A DNA stretch of 63,858 nucleotides, counting the filler, from Lama guanicoe (Eukaryota), in the NCBI GenBank assembly GCA_013239625.1. It is 93 parts of 93 records of this genome, joined end to end, with 100 filler letters (N's around TTAATTAATTAA, not from the genome) between each part and the next. Parts side by side here need not be neighbours in the genome. Positions count along the whole stretch, not along the records: positions 24,608 to 24,838 come from PNXV01027818.1; positions 24,939 to 25,589 come from PNXV01027819.1; positions 25,690 to 26,287 come from PNXV01027820.1; positions 26,388 to 27,194 come from PNXV01027821.1; positions 27,295 to 28,060 come from PNXV01027822.1; positions 28,161 to 28,679 come from PNXV01027824.1; positions 28,780 to 29,699 come from PNXV01027825.1; positions 29,800 to 30,024 come from PNXV01027826.1; 85 more parts are not named here. One strand, 5' to 3'. Shown here piece after piece: positions 24,608 through 37,720 of this stretch (position 1 is the stretch's first letter; each line of letters begins with the position of its first letter). The notes below the pieces were generated by a model. That model made no database searches and had not been told where the DNA came from. It saw only the letters and a list, made by a program, of their open reading frames with translations. The translations under genes were made by a program, and so were the position numbers.

Positions 24608-24838
24608 CCTAAACATAAAAGAAGAGTTTTAAGTTGGACTTCAGTAAAATTAAGAAATATTTTTATCAAGAGATACCATTAAGAAAGTGAAAAGCCACAT
24701 GGTGGGAAAATATATTTGCTATGTCTATATCCAACAAAAGACTTGTATCTAGGGCATATAGAGAACAGAAACCAGTGGAGAAAAAGAGAAAAACCTCAAT
24801 TTTAAAATGTGCAAAGAAATTGAACAGGTGCTTCACAC
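24608..24838 (+). mobile_element. Old LINE-1 ORF2 fragment
   Basis: Contains aagttggacttcagtaaaattaag, atatccaacaaaagacttgtatctag and gaacaggtgcttcac. Confidence 0.75.
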
Positions 24839-25099
24839 NNNNNNNNNNNNNNNNNNNNNNNNNNNNNNNNNNNNNNNNNNNNTTAATTAATTAANNNNNN
24901 NNNNNNNNNNNNNNNNNNNNNNNNNNNNNNNNNNNNNNGCAGCTGTACAGAGCATCTGCTAAATAAATAGTGCAGAGCTGAATATGGGAAAGTAGATTCA
25001 AAACTCGATTCAGTTACAAGGATTGGGCCCTATGAGATCGTGGGAGCTCAGCTAAGCCACCTCAGGAGGGTTTTTCTTTTGATGCTGGCGCTTGAACTT

Positions 25100-25515
25100 C
25101 ACAGCACAGGCAGTCAGGGAGTGATGATGGCTGTCATGTGGGGAAGATCAAGGGCAGGCTGGAATCCACAAGCATGAGCTGGAACCCTGCAAGGACAGGC
25201 TGATTCTTATCTCCTCTCTTCTGGGTGACAAGAGTCTCCCGCAGAAGCTGGCACCTTTTGTCACAGAGCTAAGCACGCACATCTAGCTGAGGAGTCAGAA
25301 ATGCTGAAGGAGGACCCAAGGAAAAGACAGGACAGGTGCAGACCTAGCGGCTGCTTTATGCTAGTGGAGGTGAGTCAGTAGCTCAGCAGCAAAGTGTGTG
25401 AGCTACAGAAGTGGCTGTTTTCTCTTCTGCCACCAAATCTCCTTTGTGCCCTCTCTAAAAAGAAACATACAAGAAAAAGAACTCTGGGAAGTGTAGTTCA
25501 GCCTAGCCACGTTTA
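25100..25515 (-). mobile_element. Ancient ERV-L-class LTR fragment (MLT2-like)
   Basis: ctggaatccacaagcatgagctggaaccc...aggtgagtcag...tctgggaagtgtagttcagcctagcca. Assigned from memory of the consensus only. Confidence 0.5.
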
Positions 25516-25689
25516 CTTCTCCCAATAGTCTTTATAAATTGAATTGGCCGTGCCTCTTCTCTGTTAAGCTGTGAGTGTGGGACATTAAGNNNNNNNNNNN
25601 NNNNNNNNNNNNNNNNNNNNNNNNNNNNNNNNNTTAATTAATTAANNNNNNNNNNNNNNNNNNNNNNNNNNNNNNNNNNNNNNNNNNNN

Positions 25690-26287
25690 TTTGCAGGAAA
25701 TCCCAGTGACAGAGGCTGCCTCCCAAAGGTCAGTGAAGTTATTTCTCAGAATTCCCGCTAACAGGGAACACCTGTGATTGAAGAGCGCTTCGTGGAGTTG
25801 TCTCTCGAGCTCCAAACGCACTGACAATTGTTCCGGAATCCTGAGCGTAGGGAGGTTCCACCAACGGTCGGCAGCGCGTGGGTTCTAACGGAGTGCCTAA
25901 GCTCGACTCCCCTGGTTTTTTTCCTAATGTCTCAATGCCAGGGAATCGTAGGGGTGTTTGCAGGCCATCAAAGTGGCTGAGGCTGCCTCCCCAAAGTCAG
26001 TGAAGTTATTTCTCAGACTTCCCCGTTAAGGGAACACCTGTGACTGAAGAGAGCTCCGTGGAGTTGTCTCTCGAGGTTCCCCACGCACTGACAATTGTTC
26101 CGGAATCCTGAGCGTGGGGAGGGTCCACCAACGGTCGGCAGCGCGTGGGTTCTAACGGAGTGCCTAAGCTCGACTCCCCTGGTTTTTTTCCTAATGTCTC
26201 AATGCCAGGGAATCGTAGGGGTGTTTGCAGGCCATCAAAGTGGCTGAGGCTGCCTCCCCAAGGTCGAGGAAGTTATTTCTCAGAATT
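25690..26287 (-). repeat. 267-bp satellite, divergent subfamily
   Basis: ccaacggtcgg starts at 25861 and 26128 (267 apart). The private block gggaatcgtaggggtgtttgcaggccatcaaagtggctgagg occurs twice. Confidence 0.96.
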
Positions 26288-26387
26288 NNNNNNNNNNNNN
26301 NNNNNNNNNNNNNNNNNNNNNNNNNNNNNNNTTAATTAATTAANNNNNNNNNNNNNNNNNNNNNNNNNNNNNNNNNNNNNNNNNNNN

Positions 26388-26935
26388 TGGCAGAATTCCA
26401 TTCTTTTTATGGCCAAGTAGTATTTCATTGTGTATGAATATATCATCATTTGTATCCTTTTATCTGTTGATGGACTCTTAGGTTGCTTCCATATCTTGGC
26501 TTTTATAAATAATACTGTTTTGAACATTGAGGTGCATGTATCTTTTTTAAATTAATGTTTTCACTTTCTTTGGCTATGTACCCCGGAGTGGAATGGCTGG
26601 ATCATGGAGTAGTTCTATTTTTAGTTTTCTGAGGAACTTCCCTACTGTTTCCACAGTGCCTACACCAATTTCCACACTAATTTCTCACCTACAGTGTACA
26701 AGGGTTCTCTTTTCTCCACAGCCTCGCCAACCTTTGTTATTTATGGGCTTTTTTCTTTAAATTGAATTATAATTCGTTTACAATATTGTGTTAATTTCAC
26801 GTGTATGGCATAGTGATCCTCCCCCCTCCCGGGGTATATTCTTTTATAGATTATTATAATATATTGGGTATAATTCCCTATGATATACACTAAATTTTTG
26901 TTGTTTATTTTATGTGTGGTAGTTTGTATCTATTA
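26388..26935 (-). mobile_element. LINE-1 3' fragments, antisense
   Basis: The minus ORF reads MFKTVLFIKAKIWKQPKSPSTDKRI...TMKYY. A second antisense L1 tail starts at about 26757. Confidence 0.88.
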
Positions 26936-28160
26936 CCCTTTAAATGGTGTTTTACATGCAGAATAGTGTGTTGAACACATGTTTTTACTGAAATAATGCT
27001 GTTGTCAAACTCAGAGGCATGCATAACTTCTAGAAGCACCATATATAGTTTTATATCTATATCTGAATCTATATCTATTTTTATATCTAGATCTACATAC
27101 CATTTTAAATACATTACAGTAATCTATCTGAACAAGAAATAAATGAAAAAAATCCCATTTACAATAGCATAAAATACTAAAATACTAAAGAATANNNNNN
27201 NNNNNNNNNNNNNNNNNNNNNNNNNNNNNNNNNNNNNNTTAATTAATTAANNNNNNNNNNNNNNNNNNNNNNNNNNNNNNNNNNNNNNNNNNNNTATCTT
27301 TAAATAGACTCTTAAGCAGAAACTTAACATGTAACTCTTACAATGTGGGTAGGGCAGAGGGTATGATTCTCAGTGGCCCACAGTTACCCAGTCCACCCCT
27401 CAGCATTCTCTGGGGCCTCAGAGCCTTCCTCAGTTCAGTTTGAAGATCCCTGAAAATAAAAGCTAGAAGTGCCTCGGTTACTACTAACATTAAATATGGC
27501 CCAAATAACTTTACAAGGGGAGTAATATTTCTCCCTTACAAATAACCTGGAACATTGCTGGAATTGGTTCAACACCTTCATCAGCAATGCAAGGTTTTTG
27601 TTTAATTTTTGCAACTGTAGTATATTGGGAACTTTTTCTTGCCTAACCACCAAAATATAGCTGCTGATTTTCTGGCTGTAATGACTGTCCTGGGGACAAC
27701 AAAAGGGGAAAGTGGCAATGCCATACAGAAGTCTTTTTTTCTCTCCACCACAACAATAACAAATCAAAAGTGTGTCCAGAACCTCCTGTCAATCCTTCCT
27801 TATATCTCGTTGGCTGTAACTGTCATACGGCCATCCATAGCTACCAAGGCATTTGGGAAAATAAGTTTTCTCACCTAGTACTGTGCATTTGTAGCCCTGG
27901 ACAAAAGCAGGATTGTGTTTGCAAGAAGGCAGGGGTGTTGGTCAATCAGCTAATCCTGCCGCCGCCGCCCACCCCACCCCCCATCTAGCCACAAATCTTC
28001 ATTCTCTAACGGGGAACATTTATGTTCTTTGGCTTGGTTAACATCACCAGTAAATTGATGNNNNNNNNNNNNNNNNNNNNNNNNNNNNNNNNNNNNNNNN
28101 NNNNTTAATTAATTAANNNNNNNNNNNNNNNNNNNNNNNNNNNNNNNNNNNNNNNNNNNN

Positions 28161-28679
28161 AGAGTTTCGAATACAGAATTCAGAATACTAAATATAAAAT
28201 TTTGAATATTGAATATAGAACACAGAATACAGAATGTAGAATACGAAATGCAGAATATAGAATACAGAATATAGAATGTAGAACACAGAATATAGAATAT
28301 GGAAAACAGAATACAGAACCCAGAATTTAGAACATGGAATGCAGAACACTGAATTTAGAATATAGAATACATACAACTGAAAATAGAATTTAGAATATAG
28401 AATGTAGAACACAGAATTTAGAATATAGAACACAGAATGCTGAATAAAGTATTTTGAATATCAAATGTTGAACACAGAATATAGAAACTATAATAGAGAA
28501 TATAGAACCCAGAATTTAGAACATGGAATTTAGAACACAGAATTTAGAATATACAATACAGAATACTGAGTATCGAACTTAGAATATATAATTTAGAACA
28601 CAGAGTTTAGGATATAGGATACGGAATGTTGAATATAGAATAAAGAATATAGAATATAGAACACAAATATAGAATATGG
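28161..28679 (+). repeat. AGAATAT heptamer satellite
   Basis: Continuous heptamer variants including agaacatggaatgcagaacac. Confidence 0.96.
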
Positions 28680-29799
28680 NNNNNNNNNNNNNNNNNNNNN
28701 NNNNNNNNNNNNNNNNNNNNNNNTTAATTAATTAANNNNNNNNNNNNNNNNNNNNNNNNNNNNNNNNNNNNNNNNNNNNGCTCTAGGAGTCTAATTATTT
28801 ATGAGGTGTTAATGTGGGGATTAGGAGTCGGGGGAAGGCGATTAAAGGCCCTAGAATCTGTAGTGCCCTGGTAGAGGCCATCCCTTCTGTAGAGGGAAGT
28901 CTGAAGTTGGATTGGTGTTTGGCTTCAGGTGTTGGTAGTTCACTTTTCTGGCTCATGGCTAAGTATTTCTAAGGCATAATTACTGAATTAGACAGTCTAT
29001 ACATTGGCTGTGACAAGGACAGTGTTTGCAAGCCTTTAGTTTATGCGTTTTGAGATCAGAAGTTCTGTAGGTCTCATTTGAATGTTTATCTCTAGACAAA
29101 TCCTTTCCATTAATTGGTTTATACTTTACTCAGTGAATATCTGTTGAGAAATGTAAATGTTAAATGACTCACTTTCATCCCAGAAAAAGTTTTCCACATT
29201 TTAGAATGAAACATCATAAATAAGGATCAACAGCTTTTTTGCTTTTTTCCTGATAGTCAAAGCCAGACTTCAGTAACGTGGCATTCTGGAAAACCACTAC
29301 ATTCCTTGATGAGTCTATTTCACAAGCTCCCCAATTAATATGAAGTCATTAAAATGATCTAGAGAGAATATTATGGTTCAAAATGAGAGAAGCTGAAGCA
29401 TAAGAGAGTAAAATTTAAATTGTATATAAAGACCCTGAACTACTTGAAAGGTACAATATACAAACTATTGTCAAATTGTGATTTCGGGTCTTACATTTAA
29501 GTCTTAAATCCATTTTGAATTTATTTTTGTGTATGGTGTATAATCTATACAAATATCAAATCACCATGTTGTACCCATGAAACTAATATAATTAAGTCAA
29601 CCATTACTTCAATTAAAAAATGACTGTGTCTAACATGGGGTTTCTGTGCAGCTCAGCGAAGACCAGTGAAGAATTCTGAAATTGTGATTCAGTCAAATGN
29701 NNNNNNNNNNNNNNNNNNNNNNNNNNNNNNNNNNNNNNNNNNNTTAATTAATTAANNNNNNNNNNNNNNNNNNNNNNNNNNNNNNNNNNNNNNNNNNNN

Positions 29800-30000
29800 G
29801 ATACTGAGTATGTAAAGAATAAACAGCAAGTTTATACTGTATAGCATATTCATTTTCATACTCTAAGATATTCAATATCTTATAGTAACTTATGTTTAAA
29901 AAGAGTATGAAAATGAATACAGATATGTTCCTATTTAACTGGTGTTGTGCTGTGCACAAGAAACTGACACAACAGTATAAACTGACTAGACTTCAATGAA
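29800..30000 (+). mobile_element. LINE-1 3' tail
   Basis: Contains ataaacagcaagtttatactgtatagca and gctgtgcacaagaaactgacacaacagtataaactgacta. Confidence 0.8.
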
Positions 30001-31259
30001 AATACTTTTAAATAGACTAAAAACNNNNNNNNNNNNNNNNNNNNNNNNNNNNNNNNNNNNNNNNNNNNTTAATTAATTAANNNNNNNNNNNNNNNNNNNN
30101 NNNNNNNNNNNNNNNNNNNNNNNNGCAGATCTTCCACTGTCTGCCCTTTCAGGTCCTGGAAACTGACCTGTGATCTCAGTTCTTTGGGCAGAACTAGTAT
30201 CTCGAACTTACACAGTTTCCCGGACCAAACACCTAAGCCAAGCTCCACAGAGGGCGGCAGCCCCTCCATCACTCTGATCCACCCACAGATCTCTGCCCGG
30301 TTACCTAGGATCCAACAGCCACAACAAGCCTCGTGGTACACACCAACATTCCACCTGGAATCCAACCGGTAACTGCCATCCCCAATGGCTGCTGCATCTT
30401 GTCAGTGTTTGGGGAGTTGCTGCATCCGACGAGAGGTTCCTAAAGTAAATGTGATTCTACCCACTAGAGTCCCATGGACCTTTCTTCTTCCCTCCTTACT
30501 TTTGTTCAGATCTGTATGCACAGAACCACTGGAGGGAACTGGGACCCTTTTCAGTTGATGGTTTCACACGTTTTTAAACTTTCTAACAGTTCANNNNNNN
30601 NNNNNNNNNNNNNNNNNNNNNNNNNNNNNNNNNNNNNTTAATTAATTAANNNNNNNNNNNNNNNNNNNNNNNNNNNNNNNNNNNNNNNNNNNNCTCTTTC
30701 TCAGAGGTAAATTTTCAGGGAAATGAAATCAGAATTTGCTGGGAATATTTAATGAACCGTTTATTATGTTTCTCTAACAGTTGGGACCATATATCATGCT
30801 ACTTACAGTTAAAAACAGAAAGCTATGAGAATAATTCTATTACCCACAGTCACATACATTTATACTCAATATATAAGCCTCTTATTCTGATTGAAAACAT
30901 AATCCCTTTTAGAAAAGTCCAACACATTCACCTTGGTGAAATAAAAATGGACAAATGGGCCCAAATCCAGATTGAGACCAAACCCTTTAATCTGTTTTTG
31001 TTTGTTTGTTTGTTTGTTTGTTTGTTTGTTTTCTTTTAACAAGGTTTTTCTTACCACACCATAAATTCTTTCTCGGGTACCCTTTAAAAGCATGGGTGGG
31101 CATCTGTACTTATCCATTAAACCCACACACTTTCTCAAGTAAACTTTAGTCATTGTTTCNNNNNNNNNNNNNNNNNNNNNNNNNNNNNNNNNNNNNNNNN
31201 NNNTTAATTAATTAANNNNNNNNNNNNNNNNNNNNNNNNNNNNNNNNNNNNNNNNNNNN

Positions 31260-31810
31260 AACGGGTTGCATGAGAAACACTTACTCTGGTTTCTCATACT
31301 GTTTCCTATTTCCGGTTTGAAATTCCTGAGGTTTTCACTGTAAAACCGAGTTGGAGATTGTACCTCCCCATATATTTGTATGGAGTGGAGTTTGCAACTG
31401 AAAAGAAACTTTGTGTTCCGTTCAAGCTAAGTGAAGGACGGCTTTCACACACACTTATCACTCAGAAATGAGCATGTGGAGAGACGTACCTTCATCCAGC
31501 ACAAAGGGAACGGGTTGCATGAGAAACACTTACTCTGGTTTCTCATACTGTTTCCTAGTTCCGGTTTGAAATTCCTGCGGTTTTCACTTTAAACCCGAGT
31601 TGGAGATTGTACATCCACATATAGATGTATGGAGTAGATTTTGCAACTGAAAAGAAACTTTGTGTTCCGTTCAAGCTAAGTGAAGGACGGCTTTCACACA
31701 CACTTATCACTCAGAAATGAGCATGTGGAGAGACGTACCTTCATCCAGCACAAAGGGAACCGGTTGCATGAGAAACACTTACTCTGGTTTCTCATACTGT
31801 TTCCTAGTTT
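31260..31810 (+). repeat. 249-bp satellite, variant array
   Basis: tgagaaacac starts at 31271, 31520 and 31769 (period 249). Confidence 0.97.
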
Positions 31811-34081
31811 NNNNNNNNNNNNNNNNNNNNNNNNNNNNNNNNNNNNNNNNNNNNTTAATTAATTAANNNNNNNNNNNNNNNNNNNNNNNNNNNNNNNNNN
31901 NNNNNNNNNNTACATTTACATTGTATCCACAATGTAAAACAGAGCAATTGAGCCTTGACTGTATAGTGATGAATGCAGTAGAAATAGTTTCATTTTCTCA
32001 GAAAAATGTGCGGACCCTAATGACCAGAAACAGAACAACAACAAAAAACTTCTGTTTTTTCAATGTCTGCATTTTACAGGAAGGAAAACAGTGATCAAAA
32101 AGAAAAAGTATTAATGGGGAAATTTTTGTTACTTCAAAAGTGAAAAAAAGCAGAATCCTGGCTATAAAATTTGAGTTGGGCAGAAGAGTCTCATTCTGTT
32201 TCATTTTCTTCCTCAGATGTTTTGTAAATGACAATAATAAAGGACAGAATTATGATGACAGCTGATAAAGTTATTCACGGCTATAAAATTTGTTTAGTGG
32301 TATCACTGATGTCATCAAAATACCTCTTACTGGTTTTTGTGTAAATAATATGTGTAACTTTTATAAGCATACTCTGTTTGATCTGATTCTGTGATGCCTT
32401 TCTTTTGTGTCATAAAGGAAGAGTTCGGGAATTTCTTGTGAATTTATTCTTGCTGATGCATGGTGGAATCTTCTTTATCAGTCACTTTGGTTTCCTTACT
32501 GTTGTCTAAGATTGTCAAAACTTTTAGATTTGTCTCGAAATCAGTGGTAGCAGGTAGACTAAATGAGTTTTTCCCAGTGTAGGATGGAGCCCTGAAAGAA
32601 TATTGATTCATGTTCTGTGAACCTGTTCTGTCTTTACAGTTAGTTTCTGCCGGAAGAAAATAGAAACTAACATGCTTGTAAGACAAGATTAACCACTGAG
32701 AAGTTAAAATGAATGAAACTGACAAAGCGAATAGCCCTCTTCCCTGAGTAAGATACACATGTAAAATTTCNNNNNNNNNNNNNNNNNNNNNNNNNNNNNN
32801 NNNNNNNNNNNNNNTTAATTAATTAANNNNNNNNNNNNNNNNNNNNNNNNNNNNNNNNNNNNNNNNNNNNATTAACTTAGAACATTGAATCCAGGATTTC
32901 TGCTTAGGCCCATATAAAACTTTAATAAGATCCAACTTTACGTTCCTTCCACCTTTATCCTACAGCCTTCAAATATATTTTCACACACCTTCCCCATATT
33001 TCTGTCTGTATAAATTGGAACAGTCATAGGGTTCCTTTGGCTTATAGTACTCTTTGTTGTGGGTCACACTTTGTAACTCATGGGGCTTGAGTCTAGATGT
33101 AGACCTAGATTCAAATGTCAGCTCACCTGGAGTGAAATCATCAGTGTCTTACAAGGTAACTATCTCAGGGGAGGCTGTTATTCGCTCTTAAGGCAAAAGA
33201 GGGATATTGTCCCCAGGCAGGGACAGGCATAAGAGGACTGCATCAATGGGCAAAGAAGTCTTGGTAGAATTTAGGGGTTCGTTATTCCTATCCTCATTGA
33301 GATACCCCCATGGACTCCCTTTCCAGAGATCAGGACCCCATTATTTCCCAACATTTTCCTTGCTTNNNNNNNNNNNNNNNNNNNNNNNNNNNNNNNNNNN
33401 NNNNNNNNNTTAATTAATTAANNNNNNNNNNNNNNNNNNNNNNNNNNNNNNNNNNNNNNNNNNNNTCTAACTGCTCAATGCAGGCAAGATGTGGCTCTCT
33501 GTGCTCCAAGTCTCATGGTTGAGTGAGTCCTCTGGAGATCTCCTTCCATGGTGCTGATAAGGAGGCATCAGAAGGGGCCAGAGATTTACACACTTTTAAG
33601 AGGATCGTGACATCATCTTTGGTGGTCAGGACCCCATCTCATAATCTTTGCCTATCTCTGCTTATATCATAGTGCTTTTGTGTAGTAGTTACATGTGTAA
33701 TACCAGAGCTGATTTGAGATCTTCTTGTAATGCACTTCTTTTATCCCTAAAAATGAAGAGTTTTATAGAAGGCTTAAATTAAATTTTGCAAATTCTTTTC
33801 ACTTGTCATCAATGTCCCTCATGCCAGGTGTCATTTTCTTATAGAGGCAGGCACTTTGGAAACAGAATTAAATTTGTGAGAGACAAAATGCATTTTCATC
33901 ATTTTCTTACAGAATAGAACTGTATGTAACACACACACAAATCGAAGCAATCTAATCAAGCTCCAAGGACAGAAGCCTATAGTGTTTCTATTATCTTTTA
34001 ATAATAAATACCAGATTCTCCTGTGTCCATTCTAACCTGCATGTATTTTTCACCTCAGATGTCAAGATAAAGAATTAACCA

Positions 34082-34188
34082 ATGGCTGAAGAGAATTTTA
34101 CAGTTATCACTGAATTTATTCTTTTAGGACTGACAGACTGGGCTGAACTGAAAGTTGTGCTTTTTATGTTGTTCCTGGTGATTTATGC
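34082..34188 (+). CDS. 5' end of a family-5 olfactory receptor (OR5J2-like), cut by the contig end
   Basis: Translates to [35 protein letters not shown], with an NFT glycosylation sequon and the [10 protein letters not shown] motif. Upstream are ctaac (about 34032) and an acceptor tttttcacctcag ending at 34058. Confidence 0.92.
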
Positions 34189-34288
34189 NNNNNNNNNNNN
34201 NNNNNNNNNNNNNNNNNNNNNNNNNNNNNNNNTTAATTAATTAANNNNNNNNNNNNNNNNNNNNNNNNNNNNNNNNNNNNNNNNNNNN

Positions 34289-34435
34289 TATGAATCAGGC
34301 TCTCACTGGACACTAAATCTGCCAGTGTCTTGATCTTCGACCTCCCAGCCTCCAGACTGTGAGACGTGAATGTCTGCTGTTTGTGCACTGCGCAGGCTGT
34401 GGTGCTGCATCGCAGCAGCCTCAACAGACCACGGC
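34289..34435 (+). mobile_element. MaLR LTR (MLT1) 3' end
   Basis: aatctgccagtgtcttgatcttcgacctcccagcctccagactgtgaga. Confidence 0.85.
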
Positions 34436-35075
34436 TGGGTCTGGGGGGGGTGCTGAGGTCTTCTTACTCTCCCACACTTTGCTGCTTACAACCTCAAAGA
34501 ATCATGGGGAGATGACTGCCATCTCTTAGATCCCTTGTCCCCTTTGCATTTCCTGAGGAGGTCTTCCCACCTCACTTGGGTGCCCTCAGTTATCCTTCCT
34601 CAGGGGTGCAGTGCTGCCTCCCCAGGTGTCTGCCGATGGTGACACCTGACAAAGCCTCCTTCCTTAGAGCTTAGCCATTCATCTTGGTTTGGGGCATTGC
34701 TCTTCTGCCAGATGAACAATGACATCAAACTCGGTAATGAGGCTGGGATTAGCTGGCCAAGGGGAGGAGGTTGGCTTAGGCTAGAGAAGTCGTTAGGAAC
34801 CATTGGTTTATTATCTGAACTCCCGAGAGAAGCTTTTGGTCATGTCCTGAGCTTTCTATAGAAGGCATGTCTGCACACAGCACAGGGGTAGCCCATACAG
34901 TGTCTTTGTATGAACTCGAAATGGTGCCCCTTGGAAGGCAAACAGTTGCTACAAGGCTTCTTCTCCCCTGGCTGGNNNNNNNNNNNNNNNNNNNNNNNNN
35001 NNNNNNNNNNNNNNNNNNNTTAATTAATTAANNNNNNNNNNNNNNNNNNNNNNNNNNNNNNNNNNNNNNNNNNNN

Positions 35076-35277
35076 CCACACCCCCTCCCCTTTTTAGTTT
35101 AAAAGGAGCCTGATTTCTGACTTGGGCAAGAAGAATCTCCAGCACATTAGTCCCCCAACTTCTTGGTCTGCCAGCTTTCTGAATAAAGTTACTATTCCTT
35201 GCCCCAAAACCTTGTCTCCTGATTTATTTATTTATCCCTGTTGTGCAGTGAACAGAACAAGTTTAGCCTCGGTAATA
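35076..35277 (+). mobile_element. Probable ERV1-class LTR 3' half
   Basis: TATA-like tttaaaagg, aataaa, and ttccttgccccaaaaccttgtctc, ending in ggtaata. Confidence 0.55.
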
Positions 35278-37449
35278 GAACCAACTATGTCATTCCCTCT
35301 GATGTGAAATCTCTCTGGGTGTACACGTGCTTGCCTGGTGGTGGTGGTGGTGGTGGTGGTGGTAGACATAAATGTTTCACTACTTCTGAATTCAATAGGC
35401 TAAAATTTCCTGCTATTTAAGTCAACTCTAGACTTTTACAGTCTCACCTGCAGATGTGCTTCTCGAAGCTACAAAAATTCCAACAATGAAAATAATTCTA
35501 TTGTCTCCAGACAAGATAATTTTCCTCAAAACTGAGCAGCTCTGAGACACACTTCAGGAGTACAGATAGATGCAGTGTGCTGTTTCATTTCCCATGCTGT
35601 TCCGACACAATTTTCCGCATATATCAAAGTAAATTAAAATCCGTCTTCAATAGCAGATGCTCTGGCATNNNNNNNNNNNNNNNNNNNNNNNNNNNNNNNN
35701 NNNNNNNNNNNNTTAATTAATTAANNNNNNNNNNNNNNNNNNNNNNNNNNNNNNNNNNNNNNNNNNNNGATGTTTCTCTCAGTTTCACATTTTCTGAGCT
35801 CCAGATTTACATGGCCAGGAAGCACCTGTCTAGGAAGCACCCACCCTAACTTTCAAATAAATTACAAATCAGTAAGTTCACACAAATGTATATATGTATA
35901 TACACGGACATATGGCTTTTGTCTATCCATCGTCTGTCCATCATCTCTGGCAACCCAAGTTCATAATCCAGAAGCCAAAAGCCCTCCAAGATAGACCCCT
36001 CTCTTTGCCACTAACACCCAATCCATCACCAAGCCAGTTTCAGCATATGATTGTCTTCGGAGTCCCCACTCTTCGCCGTTTCTGTGAACAGAAATGTACA
36101 AAAGTTTCTTCTGCTAGTCTGTGGAAGGTTTCTGACCCTGTGCTCCCAAGACTTCCATTGTCCTCCACATAGTATCAAATTCTCAGTACTACAGAAAAAA
36201 GAGAAGTAGATAACAGTCAAAGTAATTTATATAAATGAGAGATCTTTTTTGTTTTCAAAAAGTAATGGAATTGTTTTCAAACTAAATATCTAANNNNNNN
36301 NNNNNNNNNNNNNNNNNNNNNNNNNNNNNNNNNNNNNTTAATTAATTAANNNNNNNNNNNNNNNNNNNNNNNNNNNNNNNNNNNNNNNNNNNNTCATCCT
36401 GGACAAAGTCCCACAGACCAGAAGTGTCAGAGCCTCTGGCAGGCCATGGACTAAAATGCTCCTCAACACCACGGGCCCTGAGCCTCAGGCTGAGGCCACG
36501 TCAGGTCTGCACGGGCCCAGAGCACAAGTCTGTGGGACAGGGAATGCTCCCACTCGAAGTGCCAGGCGAAGACCCTCAGGAAGCTGTGTAATGAAACCAA
36601 ATCCCCAAACTCATTTCCAACCCACTGCCCTGTCCGGGAGGACTGCTCGGCAGATCTGCACTGTCACCTGTGCACAGGCTGAGCAAGGGGATCAGACAGG
36701 GACGTGACATCCCAGTGGAAGTGGCTCGGGGAGCTCTTCATCACAGGACAGACTTTCCCGGCTTCCAATGCAAATTCTCCATTCCATTTTCAACTGGAAA
36801 GGAAGTTTAGACTTGTTTTCCTCTCCAGAAACAAAGAGANNNNNNNNNNNNNNNNNNNNNNNNNNNNNNNNNNNNNNNNNNNNTTAATTAATTAANNNNN
36901 NNNNNNNNNNNNNNNNNNNNNNNNNNNNNNNNNNNNNNNTTGTATTTTCAAACTGTGTCCCAATAGTTACTAAAATTATCATGGGGCCTTTCAGGGGAAT
37001 TTCAAGCAGATGGTCCAGGAGTAACATACTTCCCACTCTCTGCAAACAAACACACACACACACAAAAACAAAGCAAAATCAGGCATCTTGGTGTTTTTAT
37101 TTTTGTTGAAAGATTTTTTTCAATGAAATTGATTCATCCCTAGGTCCCCATGCAGTTCTTACATACAATAAATTCTTGAAGTTCTTACAATTCTTCATTG
37201 ACTTTAACCACTAAGGTGAATAGTAGGAGTGTGGAAACTGTTACCCAGGAGGATTAAAAGTCATTGGAGATAAAAAAGCAGTATATTCAGCTCATGACTT
37301 ATAGACATATGTAAAGGATAACAACCCTGGCTCATCCGAAATTGGGAAAGTTGAAGAATGTATAGGACATCCTGACCCTTTATACTTTAAGGTTGCCAGA
37401 GATAAACAATTATGCATATCAGTCATAAATCCTTCTTATATAAAAGTCA

Positions 37450-37720
37450 TTTATCCTGATACAGCAATTCCACCCCTGGCTGTATGTCCATTAAAAAATG
37501 AATTCAAAAAGATATATACACGCCAATGTTCATAGCAGCACTACTTATAATAGCCAGGAAATGGAAGCAACCCAAGTGCCCATCAGCAGGTTAATGGCTT
37601 AAGAAGATGTGATATATATATCACACAATGGAATATTACTCAGCCATTATAAAGAATGAAATACTGTCATTTGCAGCAATGTGCATGGACCTAGAGAATA
37701 TTTTGTTTAGTGAAATAAGT
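37450..37720 (+). mobile_element. LINE-1 3' fragment
   Basis: Contains cagcaattccac, aatgttcatagcagcact, atggaagcaacccaagtgcccatca and aatggaatattactcagcc. Confidence 0.9.

Noticed and set aside
30124..30593. Possible ERV leader or gag fragment
   Set aside because: I could not identify a primer-binding site or any gag/pol/env motif.
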